Part shown: positions 39,009 through 51,820 of the stretch, piece by piece
Layout: the number at the start of each line of letters is the position of its first letter
Numbering within the stretch: position 1 is the stretch's first letter
Assembly (NCBI GenBank): GCA_040285855.1
Contig: JAUFOQ010000001.1
Coordinates: 2,480,001-2,544,000, forward strand
Length of the DNA stretch: 64,000 nt
Reading direction: 5' to 3'
Origin: Eukaryota sp. GEM-RC1
Lineage: Eukaryota
The notes under the pieces: model-generated
Databases searched by the model: none
What the model was told of the DNA's origin: nothing
What the model saw: only the letters and a program-made list of their open reading frames with translations
Program-made: the position numbers and the translations under genes

Positions 39009-40138
39009 GTTCAAGACCATGTCATGGAATAGTATTGGTAATTTTGTTTACGACTTTAGATTTTATGTATCTTTGAGAGATGAAAGAGTTTTTTTACAAT
39101 CACGTATCATTCGGAAGTAAATCAACAATTCTAAGCCAGAGACACTCCACAGATTCGTATCGTGCCCTCCTGAGTGGTAAAAGTATTTGGTGTTCGTCTA
39201 TTTAGTGCAAAATTACAGCCAGCTTCTCGTCAACAATCCACCATTGACCTTAATTGTTTTAATGGCCAAATTAATGTCAGTGACAATAACTTAGATTTAA
39301 ACAATGCTGGAAAACAAGTAACATTAATTTGGAACATCTTTCTTTCAGTCCGTGATTTCTTCAAATCTAAGTCTCAATTTTCTTTACTAATACTGCAATA
39401 CCGTACAACTACAAGTGTATGTTGTTCGAGCTTAAAAAGATATTAATTAATTGATATTAGATGAGCTGAAGTGCCCATCACTAGAATTTAACTCTTAACT
39501 TCACATTCCAATCATTTTTACTCTTCTTTGTAAGTTGTTCCAAATAATGTCTCAGTTAATGAGTATATTGGATAAAATGTAGAGTTTTAGAGATCAGTTA
39601 TAAGAGATTCTCAAGTGTTGTTGGGTGGAGTCTGGTGGTCAAAATTCCTGTCAGTTGATAACAGTAATAGGCAGTGAAAGTCAAAAAGAAAGAGGATTTA
39701 TTAAAACGAGATTTCTATTAATACTTCAACAACAAGTAGTCGAGGTATGGTTGATATGCGTTTCTGATTATATCAATTGGAATGATTTTTATCGCTATAC
39801 GATGTATACCCAGGTTAGATAATTGAACTGCAGTACTGAGAACATTCAATTGTGCCCTGAGTTCGAACAATGTATTGTACACAATAAAGAATACTTTAAT
39901 TACTTACTGATGTTTTCTATTTAAGTTGCTCATCGAGAACAGTTTTGATTCAAGAAAATCTAGTGAAATCATTTGGGAAAATTGTGAATTAATTAGTGTC
40001 AGTGATATTAATTAAGGTGAGAGGTATAGTGACAACTATTAGATGTAAATCTCATCTGCTTATATTGACTTCGGCATTCATACCGTAATTTGAGTCAACA
40101 TATGAAATTAGGAAACTTTCCCAAAGAGTTATCAAGTT

Positions 40139-41475
40139 TTAATCGACGATTTCAAGTACGTGATCACTATAAAATAACCTAGCATATGGATAATAAGTAC
40201 CACTACTTAATCTAGGAAGAGTTCCAGTAAGATTAATTGCAGAATTACTCACGGATTTGATTGTTAAAGTGTGATTGATGAGATTTACATTGATTTCGAG
40301 TAATTCACCAGGATTCCACCTAGTTTTGTTTCCTGAGAGACAACCCCAAACATTATTACCATTATGGAAACAGTGACCATCCCAACAACAATGACCATCA
40401 ACACTAAACTTTGACTCGTCAATGACTCCAACAACAAGACTATTAGTAGTAATCCCCTGGTACCTCAACTTCCAAGTATACTCATTACCTGGAAGAAGTG
40501 GATCTTCTCCCAAGATATTTCTAATACCACCACCACTTCCATTAACAACTCTCTTTCTATCCCCACTAACTTGTAACTGAGAATGTTTCTTAGTTAGGGA
40601 GAATCTAATCACTTTTGATTGAGACAATAGTTGAGCTTCTGCAGCACTCTTTTTAATTGTTCAATTTCACTTTTTAATTTAGCAATATCTGACACTAAAT
40701 TAGAATTTTCCTTAACCAAAGAGACACCACAATGATCTTGAACTTTTGTAAATAAAAACCTCATCAAATCGGCTTCCAATTCTTCAACATCTTTTAAAGG
40801 AACAAATAAATACTCATTCCATTGTTGTAAAGTCAAAACTTCAACTTGGCACGAATTTAAAATAAATGAAAAATGATTCAAATCAAAACTATGATTCAAA
40901 ATTGATTCCACCATTGATTTGATGAACCACGACTGTGATTGAGTGGAAGTACAGTATTTGCAAAGAGTTTTGAACCCTTCGGTAGTGATTTCCATCACGT
41001 CATCAATCAGAAGATCGTCAATCTTGGAAAAGAAAGGACCAACGAATTCCAGAGCTCTCAAGTCATTTCTTTCATTTGCTTCTTTAATGAATGGTTTTAA
41101 CCAATCCCAGGTTACGAGATGAGTGTTGAGGTGGTTTTCAACTTGTACAATTAGTTTGTCCACTTGGAAGTAGTGGACAAGGTAAAAGAATTCGTAAGCA
41201 TTGTTTTCATTGAGAGTGAAAGATCGTCCGAAGAAGGACTTGATGAAGGCAAGAAAGTTGTTAGAGTCAACAGGGAGATGAGAGAAGTCTATTGGGTTTT
41301 CATCTCTATCACCAAACTCCAAGAACCAAAGAGATCGAAAGTAGGTAGAATGAGCAGCAAGGATGATTCTGTGTACTTCAATAGACTCTTCTCCAAATGT
41401 AATGGTTTGATTGCAAAGGGAAGGGTCATCGAGGATGATGGAAAGAGTTTCTGCTGGGGGAAGGGAAAACGACAT
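40139..41475 (-). CDS. BTB/POZ-coiled-coil-SPRY/B30.2-like protein, copy 3; single homopolymer frameshift at ~40652
   Basis: Adding one A to TTAAAAAGAGT gives LKKSAAEAQLLSQSKVIRF and joins ORFs 40609-41475 and 40139-40627. Confidence 0.85.
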
Positions 41476-41719
41476 CAGAAGAAAAGCAAAAGGAGAGATT
41501 AGCTTTTGTTAATCCTAGACACATCTCAACAAAACAGTGACATCGCACCACTGTCATTCATTCTACACCTGCTCTTCATATCCAATGACTCTATCTTTTG
41601 TACTCTATTACTTTCGACTAAAAACAGAGTTCCATTGCACTCCATTCACCAACACTTTTCTACATCATCTGCATGATGAAGACTCACTGGGATCAACATT
41701 GATGATATGTGTTTTCAGA

Positions 41720-41890
41720 TCTTTCTTCTTTGATCTTCATTTATTTACAATCGTTGCTCCTTTTGGAGTTTATTGTTTGTTTAAGAAGCAGTTGACTCCT
41801 GAAGCTCTGTTTGTTGTACTATATTTGTTACTTCTGTGTATTTCACCGGAGTAATGGTTCGATTAATGTTGATTCTTTCTCCAGTCATTT
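41720..41890 (+). pseudogene. STT3 internal fragment (inverted duplicate)
   Basis: [35 protein letters not shown]... is the reverse complement of ~32500-32672, with a frameshift. Confidence 0.9.
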
Positions 41891-43324
41891 GTGAAAACTT
41901 TTAATTCTTCTTTTCATTATGAGACCAGTCTTCTTGTACCAAATTGTTGGCTAACAAAAACGTTTTTAATCCTGAACCTCCACTGAAGAGTAGTTGTTGA
42001 ATACTTACTAGCAATTAAGTGTTCAATGTTTTCTCCTCTTCTAGTATCTCCTCCTCGCAACCTAACTCTGATACACTATTTGATTCGTTCTCATAGTTTC
42101 CGTCTTCCTTCAAATACCTCCGTTTTGAGAAGTATTTATTGGTCTTGATCTCATTTTTACTTTTTTGTATTTTAAAGTACTCTCTCAACGTCAATCATGG
42201 AGACTATCGTCTTTCTCTTCGTCGTTTGAAGAATAATTGTCCTCATTCTTTTAAAAAAGTTGCCCATGTGAACCTTCTTTTCTTTGAATCTACTCATTAA
42301 GTTTACAAATTGGGCTTACATTCAAACAAGTTTCATGTGGTATATAAAGACATTCTTCAACTAGAATAATTTACTCGTTTCTTTGGATCTCTTTTGAACA
42401 ATAATCTGTTTTCTTGCACGTGATTGGAGACAATTAGAGTTGAATTTTTCATTTCGTTACTTTCCAAGTCTTTTTTGTTACTTGGGGAATATCCATCCAT
42501 TTCTGTGTTACTGTTTGAATCAAAACATGATAATGAAAGTAAATTTCTTTATTGATCCATCCCCAAAGTGCTCCTTCAAATAATTACAATTAAGTTCCAA
42601 CCACCAACCTTATTTTACCGTTGGCGAAAGCTATTCCAACAGTGAGCATCAACTTCCAAGATCTCAAAACGAAGGCGTTCCTTGAGTTCACTTATTCAAG
42701 GTTGTGTATTGATGTAAGTTGTTCCGTATATAAGGACTCGGAACTAACTACCTGCTACTAAAACAGTCTGACAAATGTCTTTTTTAAAGCTTTATGGAAA
42801 CTATTCTGCAATAATCGATGTCACGAGGACTTTATAAGAGTTCTGTTGGACGTTGTATTTACAACATCAGCCAACAATTAAACGGTAGAAATAGTATTAC
42901 AACGACTTTAGCACAATTACAAATCTAACAGAACACGTAAAGATCACTCAACCAATTAGAGGAGTGGCAATTGGACCCAGAACTAGATCTGTTGTTGGTA
43001 CCACCGGAATCCAGGTTTCTCCCTCAACAAGAACTTGATTTATTTTATTTAGCTGCCTTTGACAGTGTTCTGGCATTAACTAAGTGGAGTTACATCTAGT
43101 TTCTACTTCGATAATGTCTTGCACTGCCCCTTCAAAATTGAGGCAAAATCTGGGTAACTTTGAAATGAATTCTTTCCGTGTTTACGATTGCATTTACCTT
43201 CTGGAACAGGGAGATGACCAACCCTATTACTTTGTTTCACTTAAATACATGAGCCCTACATCTTTTTGAGTAACAGTAGTTGATCTGAGAAGCCGAACTG
43301 TTTAGAGTCGCAATTAACTATAGT

Positions 43325-44163
43325 CAGGGCTCTGTAATATTGGATTGCAATAAATTGGTATTAGTTTTTGACCTTCCAATCAATATTGATTATCGACCAA
43401 TAAATTGGTCAATATTGCAACATAGTTTAACCCTGTAAATGAAGAAGCTTTATCAAGACAATTTCTAAAATTGATAAAATAAAAAACTAAAACTAATGAA
43501 GAGTGCATTTGCAACAATAATTTAATACATACTACATGTACATGTAATTCATAAAATGAAACTAAAAATTAATTTAGATTTACATTGATTAATTTTATTC
43601 AACAAGCTCATCTATTGGGGACCAACTCACAACGCAAGCTTTACGAACAGTTCCAATCTGCCATTGGATAAAGAATAGCGAGTCATCCCAACTGTAAGTT
43701 TGACTTTGGAAAAAGTCTCTCAGCCTCCTAAGACGTGGCTGGAATTCAAGTCAAATCTTGATATTGATGTTATTGATGACGGCGACGTTCCCCACAGACA
43801 CATTCCCATTCTTCAGTATTGTCGGGAGACGTGGAGTTAAGGGAATATAAGGTGAGACAGATTGTTTTATTGTCAGTCATAAAGATAGTAAGAGTAAGTT
43901 ATAGAAGTAAAGGGTTTGAACAACATAATTTTTCTGTTGGTTTGACAGATTTTCTCATAAAGTAAGTTGTTGGCTCAACTGATGCTCGGAAGTTCAATTA
44001 ATGTGTAGCTGACAGACCATATACATTGTTTGCGACACAATACCCAAACATCCATACTGATCAATATTGACTATACATTGGGTTGGGTTTTTCGACAATC
44101 AATCAATAATGGTACATATTTATTGGCAATATTGTATTGGCAATTCAATGTTACTTAGCCCTG
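43325..44163 (-). mobile_element. Non-autonomous hAT element (CAGGG family)
   Basis: Termini CAGGGCT...AGCCCTG; TSD ACTATAGT/AATATAGT (7 of 8); minus-strand IPATS*EAERLF dimerisation-domain remnant; ATTGG/CCAAT subterminal repeats. Confidence 0.85.
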
Positions 44164-45644
44164 AATATAGTGCTCGAACTACCTCTCGTATAGAAGGTTT
44201 CGATATGACGATCTACAATATTATCTGTCCAAATTCGAAGATATGTCCTTTTGAGTCACCAGTAACCCTATCAAATGATTCTATTTACCTTTAGTATGCG
44301 TTTGACACTTTCAGGTAATAAGTCACCTTTTGTTCTAGTCTTCGTGTTGGTACTATTCAAACAAGTTAATGGCGGCAAAAACTGAACACAACACTGATGT
44401 TTTTGGAAACAATGACCAACTCGTCAATCGCAAAACCTTTGGTTCCGTAAAAAACCGACAAAGAAGGGAAAAGTTCTGTCAATTGTTCGTGATAAAACGA
44501 AATTAAATCAATATTATTTTACCACTCTTACTGAAACAAAACTGAAGAATCCAACTCACATTGCTTTACAGCAAGTTTTGCCTTTGCCATTAAAAAGACG
44601 ACAAGAGCTGTTTAAAGAGCTGTTTAAAATTAGTTGTACTCTGTGAAATAACGAATTGAAGCAACTTGTGCTTCAAACGCAGTTCTTACTGTTTATTCAA
44701 AGTCTGCTAACTGTTCGATGGTAGTGAAAAATACTGTTGTCGCCGATAGTTTATATTGAACCCGTTTCCAATAATTTTCCAATAACAATATACAGCCAGT
44801 TTTTCTTTGACATGTGCCTACTTTTGGTAGAAGTACTGTTTCAGAGTGCTTTAATGTACACGTATTCCCAATTGACGAGATCAAAGTAAAGTGTCAGCAC
44901 TGTTTAAAGCAGTAGTTTCGTACTTAATGAGTGGAAAGCAATATGCTATTGCTGAACATGTTTTCTGTGATTGAACATGTTTTGTTGTAGTTTTTATTCG
45001 AATTTGATCCTGTACTCAGTGTGACTTAATAACGTTCAGTTGCTTTTTAGTCACATTTTATCTAAGCTTCTGACTCTTTGATGGATGTTTTTGTTCATAT
45101 ATTGGTCCAATTTATTGTAATAGATTGGACCAATACTATTTACTGATTGGGATTGGTGTCCAATATTGAAATTTCATAGTAACAGTCGTGTAATACACTG
45201 TTGCCAGGAACTGACTACGTGCACTACATGACTATTACACAGATAGCGTAATTGTTATGCTGCTCAAGAGGTTTCTAAAGTACGGATAAAACACCAAATG
45301 AATACAACTCTTATCATGGTTGTAAGCAATCAGAAGTATCACAAGTGTTCAAAGATACTTTACAAATACGTATCGTGCTACTCTAACTGACACACTAGAA
45401 CTTTGCTTATACTCTGGCTGTCATTTTAAAACAACCTTCAAAGACACTAAAAACACACTCGAATAATCTAAAATACAAACCTATCAGCCATTCAGTCTTC
45501 AAACTGAACATGTCTACTGGTCTCAATCAATCACTAGTGGATCACCTAGTGGATGTCTTCTACTAGTAGTGTGTTACCATCTGTAACGTAATTGCAGCAA
45601 TAGTTCTTACTCAAAAGAGACTTACACAATGCATTATCAATTGT

Positions 45645-47262
45645 ACTCAACGATTTGGAAGCACATGACTACGACAATATAAATATGCATATGGCTAATA
45701 ATTACCACTAGACCTGGCAAATGACGAATTCGCTGCCGACAACCGTATTTCATTTCTTCGTCGTCGTCGAGTCGACGGATTATTTTTGAACTTTCGTCGA
45801 ACTTTCGTTGACGAATTTTGGTCCAGTAAAATAGTGTATCAATATGTGAATATTATGTTTGTGTTCTGTATAACACCACTGATTACTCTAAGCACATAAA
45901 TAGTACTAAATGCAAAATCGTTTCAAGTCGTTACAACTATAATATGAACACAAATCTTTTCTATTCAAACCACAAGTACACCTTCTGAATGATTGTTTTC
46001 TCTTGCTGAATGATTGTCACAAAGAAGTACAGCTCTTTTTGATCCTGAAAGAGTTCCAGCCGTTCTTTAACTCAATTCTTACAGAAAATTCTTCCTTTCT
46101 AGAACTTGTTTCTTTACCTTTGCTTTTATTATATAATACATTTAATTTATAGTTTCATTCTTGTTTGCATTTTCTGAATTGATATTGATGTGTTACTTGA
46201 TTGTGACAAACAAACAATCATTTCTGTGATGGTTATGGTCTGATTAGCCGAAAATCATTCAAAATATGGAGCCAGTGCTAATAAAGTTGTTTTTGTTTTG
46301 TTTGTATCGACTAGGCGAGGCTGTTCGTGTGACGGGTCGGTGTCGACGGTGGTAGATGTCCGTCGACGCCCGTTGTTTTGCAGGTCTAATTACCACTACT
46401 CAATCTGGGAAGAGTTCCAGTAAGAATAGTTGAAGTATTACTCATGGATTCTGATTGTTAAAGTGTTATTAATTAGATTTGCATTGATTTCGAGTAATTC
46501 ACCACGATTCCACTGAGTTTTGTTTGCTGAGAGACAGCCCCAAGCATAAGAATTACTGCGGAAACAGTGAGCATTGGAATTACAATCACCTTCAACACTA
46601 AACTTTGACTCGTCAATGACTCCAACATAAAGACTATTAGTACTCCCCTGGTATCTCAAGATATTGGTATCTCTCCCAAGATATCTCTCACACCATTTCC
46701 ACCATTTCCAAAAACAACTCTCTTTCTATCCCCACTAACTTGTAACTGAGTTTCTGTAGTTATCATTTTAAGTTGTTCAATTTCTTGTATTAGTTTATCA
46801 ATTTCGTTAGACTTTGTAGCATTTAAATTTTGAATATCAGTTGTAAAGAAGAAATTTGCATGGATAAATCAGAATTGTTGGTCGTTGATTCAGAAATTTC
46901 TTCCTTCAAATCAGAAACTTCCTTCACCAAAAAGTCAAAATAAAGATTCTTAACTTTTGTGAACAAAAACTTCTTCAAATCGGCTTCTAAATCTTCAACA
47001 TAAATAAAAAGAACAAACAGAAACTCATGTTATTGTTGGAAAGAAAGAGCTTTATTGTACAAGAATTTAATATATTTAATAATTCAATCAAATCAAAATA
47101 TTGATTCAAATTTGATTGTACCATTGATTTGATGTGCCACGACTGTGATTGAGTGGAAATACAGAATTTTGATAGTGTTTGTAACCCTTCAGTAGTGATT
47201 ACCATCACGTCATCAATCAGAAGGTCCTCAATCTTAGAAAAGAACGGACGAACGAATTCCAA
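45645..47262 (-). pseudogene. BTB-SPRY family pseudogene, copy 5: BTB missing, SPRY interrupted by a transposon
   Basis: EFVRPFFSKIEDLLIDDVM..., RYQGSTNSLYVGVIDESKF..., LPRLSSGN|insertion|Y*PYAYLY; stops and frameshifts. Confidence 0.9.
45709..46388. mobile_element. hAT-type non-autonomous element inserted into BTB-SPRY copy 5
   Basis: Termini TAGACCTG...CAGGTCTA; perfect 8-bp TSD ATTACCAC (45701-45708 and 46389-46396); GTCGAC/GACG subterminal repeats. Confidence 0.92.
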
Positions 47263-47371
47263 AGCAACAAGAAATAAAATAAAATATATGAAAATATATG
47301 TGTCCTAAATGTGTTCTTCATAGATCAATAAACAAAGAACTTTACATGCTTTAAAACGCAACAAACCCTAA

Positions 47372-47430
47372 AATAAGGTGAAGCCACAATGATAGTCAAA
47401 GTTCGAATATCATTGTGGCTTCACCTTATT
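47372..47430. repeat. Perfect 23-bp inverted repeat with a 13-nt loop
   Basis: AATAAGGTGAAGCCACAATGATA-gtcaaagttcgaa-TATCATTGTGGCTTCACCTTATT. Confidence 0.95.
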
Positions 47431-47769
47431 CACGTTTCACATGTATAAGAGTCATCAATGGTTTTTTGTACTTATCTTGTGTTTCCACAGCTACATTGAA
47501 GATCACCTAACAATAGACCGTATATCTGCGGAATTTCAAATTGATTAACAACAAACTCTAAGTGTGCAATTTAGTTGACCGATGTAGGGTATCGACTCAA
47601 GTGTGACAGATGACAGCCATTCTGATACAAGAATTGATGTGCAAAGTAGAGCTCTTGCAAAGTTGAAGAGCTCGAGTTGAGTTGGTCCTTTCACGCCATA
47701 GAGATTTGATACGTTTCTTCAAGAACTTTCTCATCTCATAATCTCTTCTCCCCAAAACTTAATGTTCTA

Positions 47770-48621
47770 ATGAGACGGCCACTTAGTTCTAGATCTTTTC
47801 GCCCACCAAGCTCGCTACAATCTCGTCTCGTCTCTCTTGAAACTCTTCGTGATGAATCTCTCCGAAGCTCTGATTTTCCTGCTGCTCAACAAGTAGAAAT
47901 TGAAATGTCCAACATAAAACAAGATCACCTACAAAACATGAAAGCCCAGGAAGAAATGAGACAAGCTGTAGAACGAGAGTGTCTTAACAAAGCCCAGACT
48001 CAATCCCTAGAGGATTTCGAACAAAACTATGAAAAGAAGTTCCATCAACATGAGTTCGAAGCTTATCGTCTGCGGCACTCCCTCAATTCCTCGCAATCTT
48101 TACGACGATCCAAGCTCCTCTCTGACATGAAATCAACTGTTCCCGTGTCTACTGCATCGCACCTGGAACGGGAATTAGCTGCATCCGAACAACAACTCAT
48201 CAAACTGAAGAGATTTGACGAAGCCGCTCAGGCAAGGAGATCCTCCCTGTCTGTGGCTAAAGCCCATCAAAAACACGTGGTACTCCAACAACGAATAGAA
48301 AGAGAACGTATTCTCGCTGATTTTAATAAAGAGTTAGAACTGGAGAGTAGTCGTTTAGAGGAAAGGATAACCAAAGATCGACTGGCTCTACAACGCCAGT
48401 ATGAAAAGGACAAGCACTTACTAACCCAACGGTTCAGGAATAGTCAGTTTGCACTTAACCACGCCCATAGGCTGGAGTTTCTGTCTAAACCTGCTCCTTG
48501 TGTCTCTAGGTTTACTCCGAAAGCTACTGATAGGGGTTCTAGGTTGTATGAGACTGAGAAGAAGTTAGTGAAGCGATCCGTCCCTATCCCTTCTAAGTGT
48601 AATCTAAAGCCTTTGTCTTAA
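47770..48621 (+). CDS. Uncharacterised coiled-coil protein (283 aa)
   Basis: Intact ORF; E/Q/R/K-rich helical composition; higher GC than the flanks. Confidence 0.8.
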   Translation: MRRPLSSRSFRPPSSLQSRLVSLETLRDESLRSSDFPAAQQVEIEMSNIKQDHLQNMKAQEEMRQAVERECLNKAQTQSLEDFEQNYEKKFHQHEFEAYRLRHSLNSSQSLRRSKLLSDMKSTVPVSTASHLERELAASEQQLIKLKRFDEAAQARRSSLSVAKAHQKHVVLQQRIERERILADFNKELELESSRLEERITKDRLALQRQYEKDKHLLTQRFRNSQFALNHAHRLEFLSKPAPCVSRFTPKATDRGSRLYETEKKLVKRSVPIPSKCNLKPLS

Positions 48622-48803
48622 GGGTTTATCTTAAGTGTTTAGCGTGAGTTTGTATCTTTGTATATAGCATATGTATCATAAATGACAATAACAATTCTAA
48701 ATGATGTAGAAGTGATAGCAAAGAATGAATGTGCTGTACATTGGTTTTGACAACTTGGAATAATGACCACGCACATAACAAAATTTATTCTCTTTGAAAC
48801 AGA

Positions 48804-51800
48804 TTATTCAGAATGACGTTTAAAAGCAGAAACGATTTTCTTTGCCATAACCGGATTGTTCTTCACACTCGTAAACTTCCCATGATTAATCAAATATAGA
48901 AGAAAATCACGAGCTCTACTTTGTCGCTGTTTAAAAGGCATTTGTTTTTCAAAAGAGGCAGTATAAATAAACTTGCACGGTTTTGCCAAAGCAGCAAAAA
49001 CAGGTGCCAAACATCCAAAATCAACTTCTAAAACCCAATTTGAAACATCTCCAAATTCTTCCAAATAAAACGGTGCAAGATCTATTAAATCACTAGGAGT
49101 CAGTCCAATTCTAACTAAGGGAGCGAGATCCTCTGAAAATCCCAACTTACTTAAATTGGGAAGGGTAGAGTGGGAGGGATTGCTTTTAACGAATTCAGAC
49201 AAGATGTGAAGGAAGTAATTTGAAATTACATCAGTAGTTTTCAATACTTCAGATGGGATTTCAGAAGAAAATTTGAAAACTTGATCAAATTGTAAATTTG
49301 ATACAATGGATCGGAGTTGAAAGGCTCGTGTAAGACTAACTGAGCATGAACAAGAAGATTCAGTGAACTGCCACTGCTTTAAATTAGGAAACAAACCTTT
49401 GGGAAATCGCCGAATAATTTCAAAAAGATGAATAATTGGAAGGTTAATCGTAACATTTTCTTTGCCAGAAACTTCAACTGAAGCATGTTGGTTACCTAAT
49501 TGTAATGAAAGAAGCTTTGGACTAAAGGTGGCGTCATTCAACATTAAGCGTTCTAAAGCAAACAACTGATGTAAAGTTGTGACATCAAAAGTCAACTTAT
49601 TTGACTTTGAAACCGTAACAGTACCAAAATGATTCCAAAAATTCATAATATCTAAAATATATTGATCAAAATTGACTGGAAGATCAAAACTAATTTTGAG
49701 TGTGGATGAACTAGGATACTGATCTTGATGTTTAACAACATTAATGGAAAATACTTGGCTACGATGAAGAAGACCAGTTTGATCGACATTAAAATCGAGC
49801 GGGAAAAATTGAAATTTTGAGTTCAAGTCGACAACAGACTGAACCTTAATTAAATCATCGAGTTCAAAAGTACGTAACGGTATACTGTTACCAAATGAAA
49901 CCATTCTATCCACACGTGTTTCACCAACTGTCTTTAACAAAAACAAATGAATTCCAAATGTTAGTAATATTTCCAAGGGAGATGAATAATCCACAAGAAA
50001 CTGATTACATTGGTGGAGATAGAAATTGGTAAGAAGCAAAGAGTTCTTAGAACTTTCAATATTCAGTGGAGAAGAGAATATCTCATTAAAGTACTCAGTG
50101 ACATGTGACGTGTAATTACTGAAGTTAATGATGGTTTCCTGATAGAAGAATTTAGCTAAATTTGTAAGGAAGAAGTATTCACCTAAATCTTCAGGAGTAC
50201 ATGAAAGTCCGACGAAGTCTTTAGAAATTGTGTTATCCAAAAACAAGTCTGCTATTAGAGAAGGTATAACGTGATCGATTCCAACTTCAAAATTTAAAAT
50301 AACAGTATCAGAAGACAAAACAATTTGATCAATTACTTTAACAACAGACCTCGCAAAGACTGTAACTCTAGAATTTTTTGGAGAAATTGAGTCTAATAAA
50401 GTTTGAATTGCAGCTTCAGAATTACTACTAGAAGAAGTAAGTTTGAAGTAAGTAACATGAGGTAAATCTGCACAAATAACAACATTCTTTTGATTGGTTT
50501 CCTGTACATTGGAGTTGAACTCAATGCTTTGAGAGAGGAAGTTCATCATAGAACTATCCAAAACTGCCACGTCATCACTGACTTCAAACATGTCATTAGT
50601 TACTTCAAACCTTTTAATTATTTCCAATGAATTCCAATCCATTGCTAGAGCTAAGAGATAGTGAGTAATAGTTAGAAAGTACATTGGAGACGCCTGTGGA
50701 TGGAGAATTGCATGAAGACATTTGAGATTATTGTCGGTCAAAAGAGGAACAAGAAGTCTTAGGCAGAGGTTCACGAAGGAAGCTGTGTTTAACCCATGTT
50801 TCTCAAAGAAAAAGGAGTAGGTATTACTCGGACAAAAGGAGGAGATGAGAGATCTGTTGTTGTTTTGGTCAAGGATTTTGAATAGATGAGAAGCAAAGGT
50901 GGTTAAGCAATGAGAAACAATCTGGGATCGAGACAAAGAGGACAATAACGAGGATGACTTCTTAATCACGTCATCACTGAGATCATGAACATCACAACAA
51001 GAAGGACGAGCATTTGTTAACCAATGCAGAAAGGACTCACGATCGGGGAAAGGCAGAATTTCTCTGAAGGGATAAGAAGAAGCATTATCTTTGAAGAAGG
51101 AGATGTTCTTATTCGAAAAGGAGAAACAAGGCTGGTCTGCTGGTCTTGGGACTGCTTCGATATGATGAGATACCTTTAAGTAGTAATTGAAGGCTATCCA
51201 GAAAGCATCAAGCGCAGCATATTCTATTTGTGCTGCAGACAGAGTATCAGCACTCCAGTTACTCATTGTGGTCTTCTTCCCCTTAGTGCAGAGTAGAGTA
51301 TATCCATGAGCAGAAAAGACAGACAATGGATGTGAGACGGAGCCAAGATCATCCTTTGTCTTTCCTAGTCGTTGTTGGTATATCTTGCCTATACCTTGAA
51401 AGTAGCTTTCAATGTCATAGACAGGTTTCACATTGGTTTCCCACATCTCCTTGATCCTTTTGACATCTTCTTGCTTGTCTTTGAATACTTTGGTTATGTC
51501 TGGAGTAGTCAGTAAATCACGCAAATCATTGTTGAGTTGTTTCACTTGATGGACTTGAATTACCATGCAGATAGAAAAAAAGGATAGTCTGATGGAATTG
51601 ACTCACGAAGCATACGGATGTAGTCTGAAACCACATCAGCATCATCTCTGAGTGAAAACAAGTAGACAGGAACGGGAGGAAGTTCTTTAACAAAGCTTAT
51701 AGAACGATGAGCTTGAACATTGGAGTAAGAACTGATTGAAGGAAGAATTAGTTCCTCTTCAGAGTCTGAGCTACTTAGGAGTAATTGCTGAAGATGAGAA

Positions 51801-51820
51801 TTTCGGGAGAGTCTTACCAT
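48804..51820 (-). CDS. Large DEDDy 3'-5' exonuclease-domain protein, paralog A, lacking the ExoI motif (pseudo-nuclease or pseudogene)
   Basis: Collinear with 53034-56084, but the 60 nt encoding IAVDGEWRKNPVDVLQLGTP are replaced by a run (A7 at 51575-51581 on +). The remaining 920-codon ORF is intact. Confidence 0.75.
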
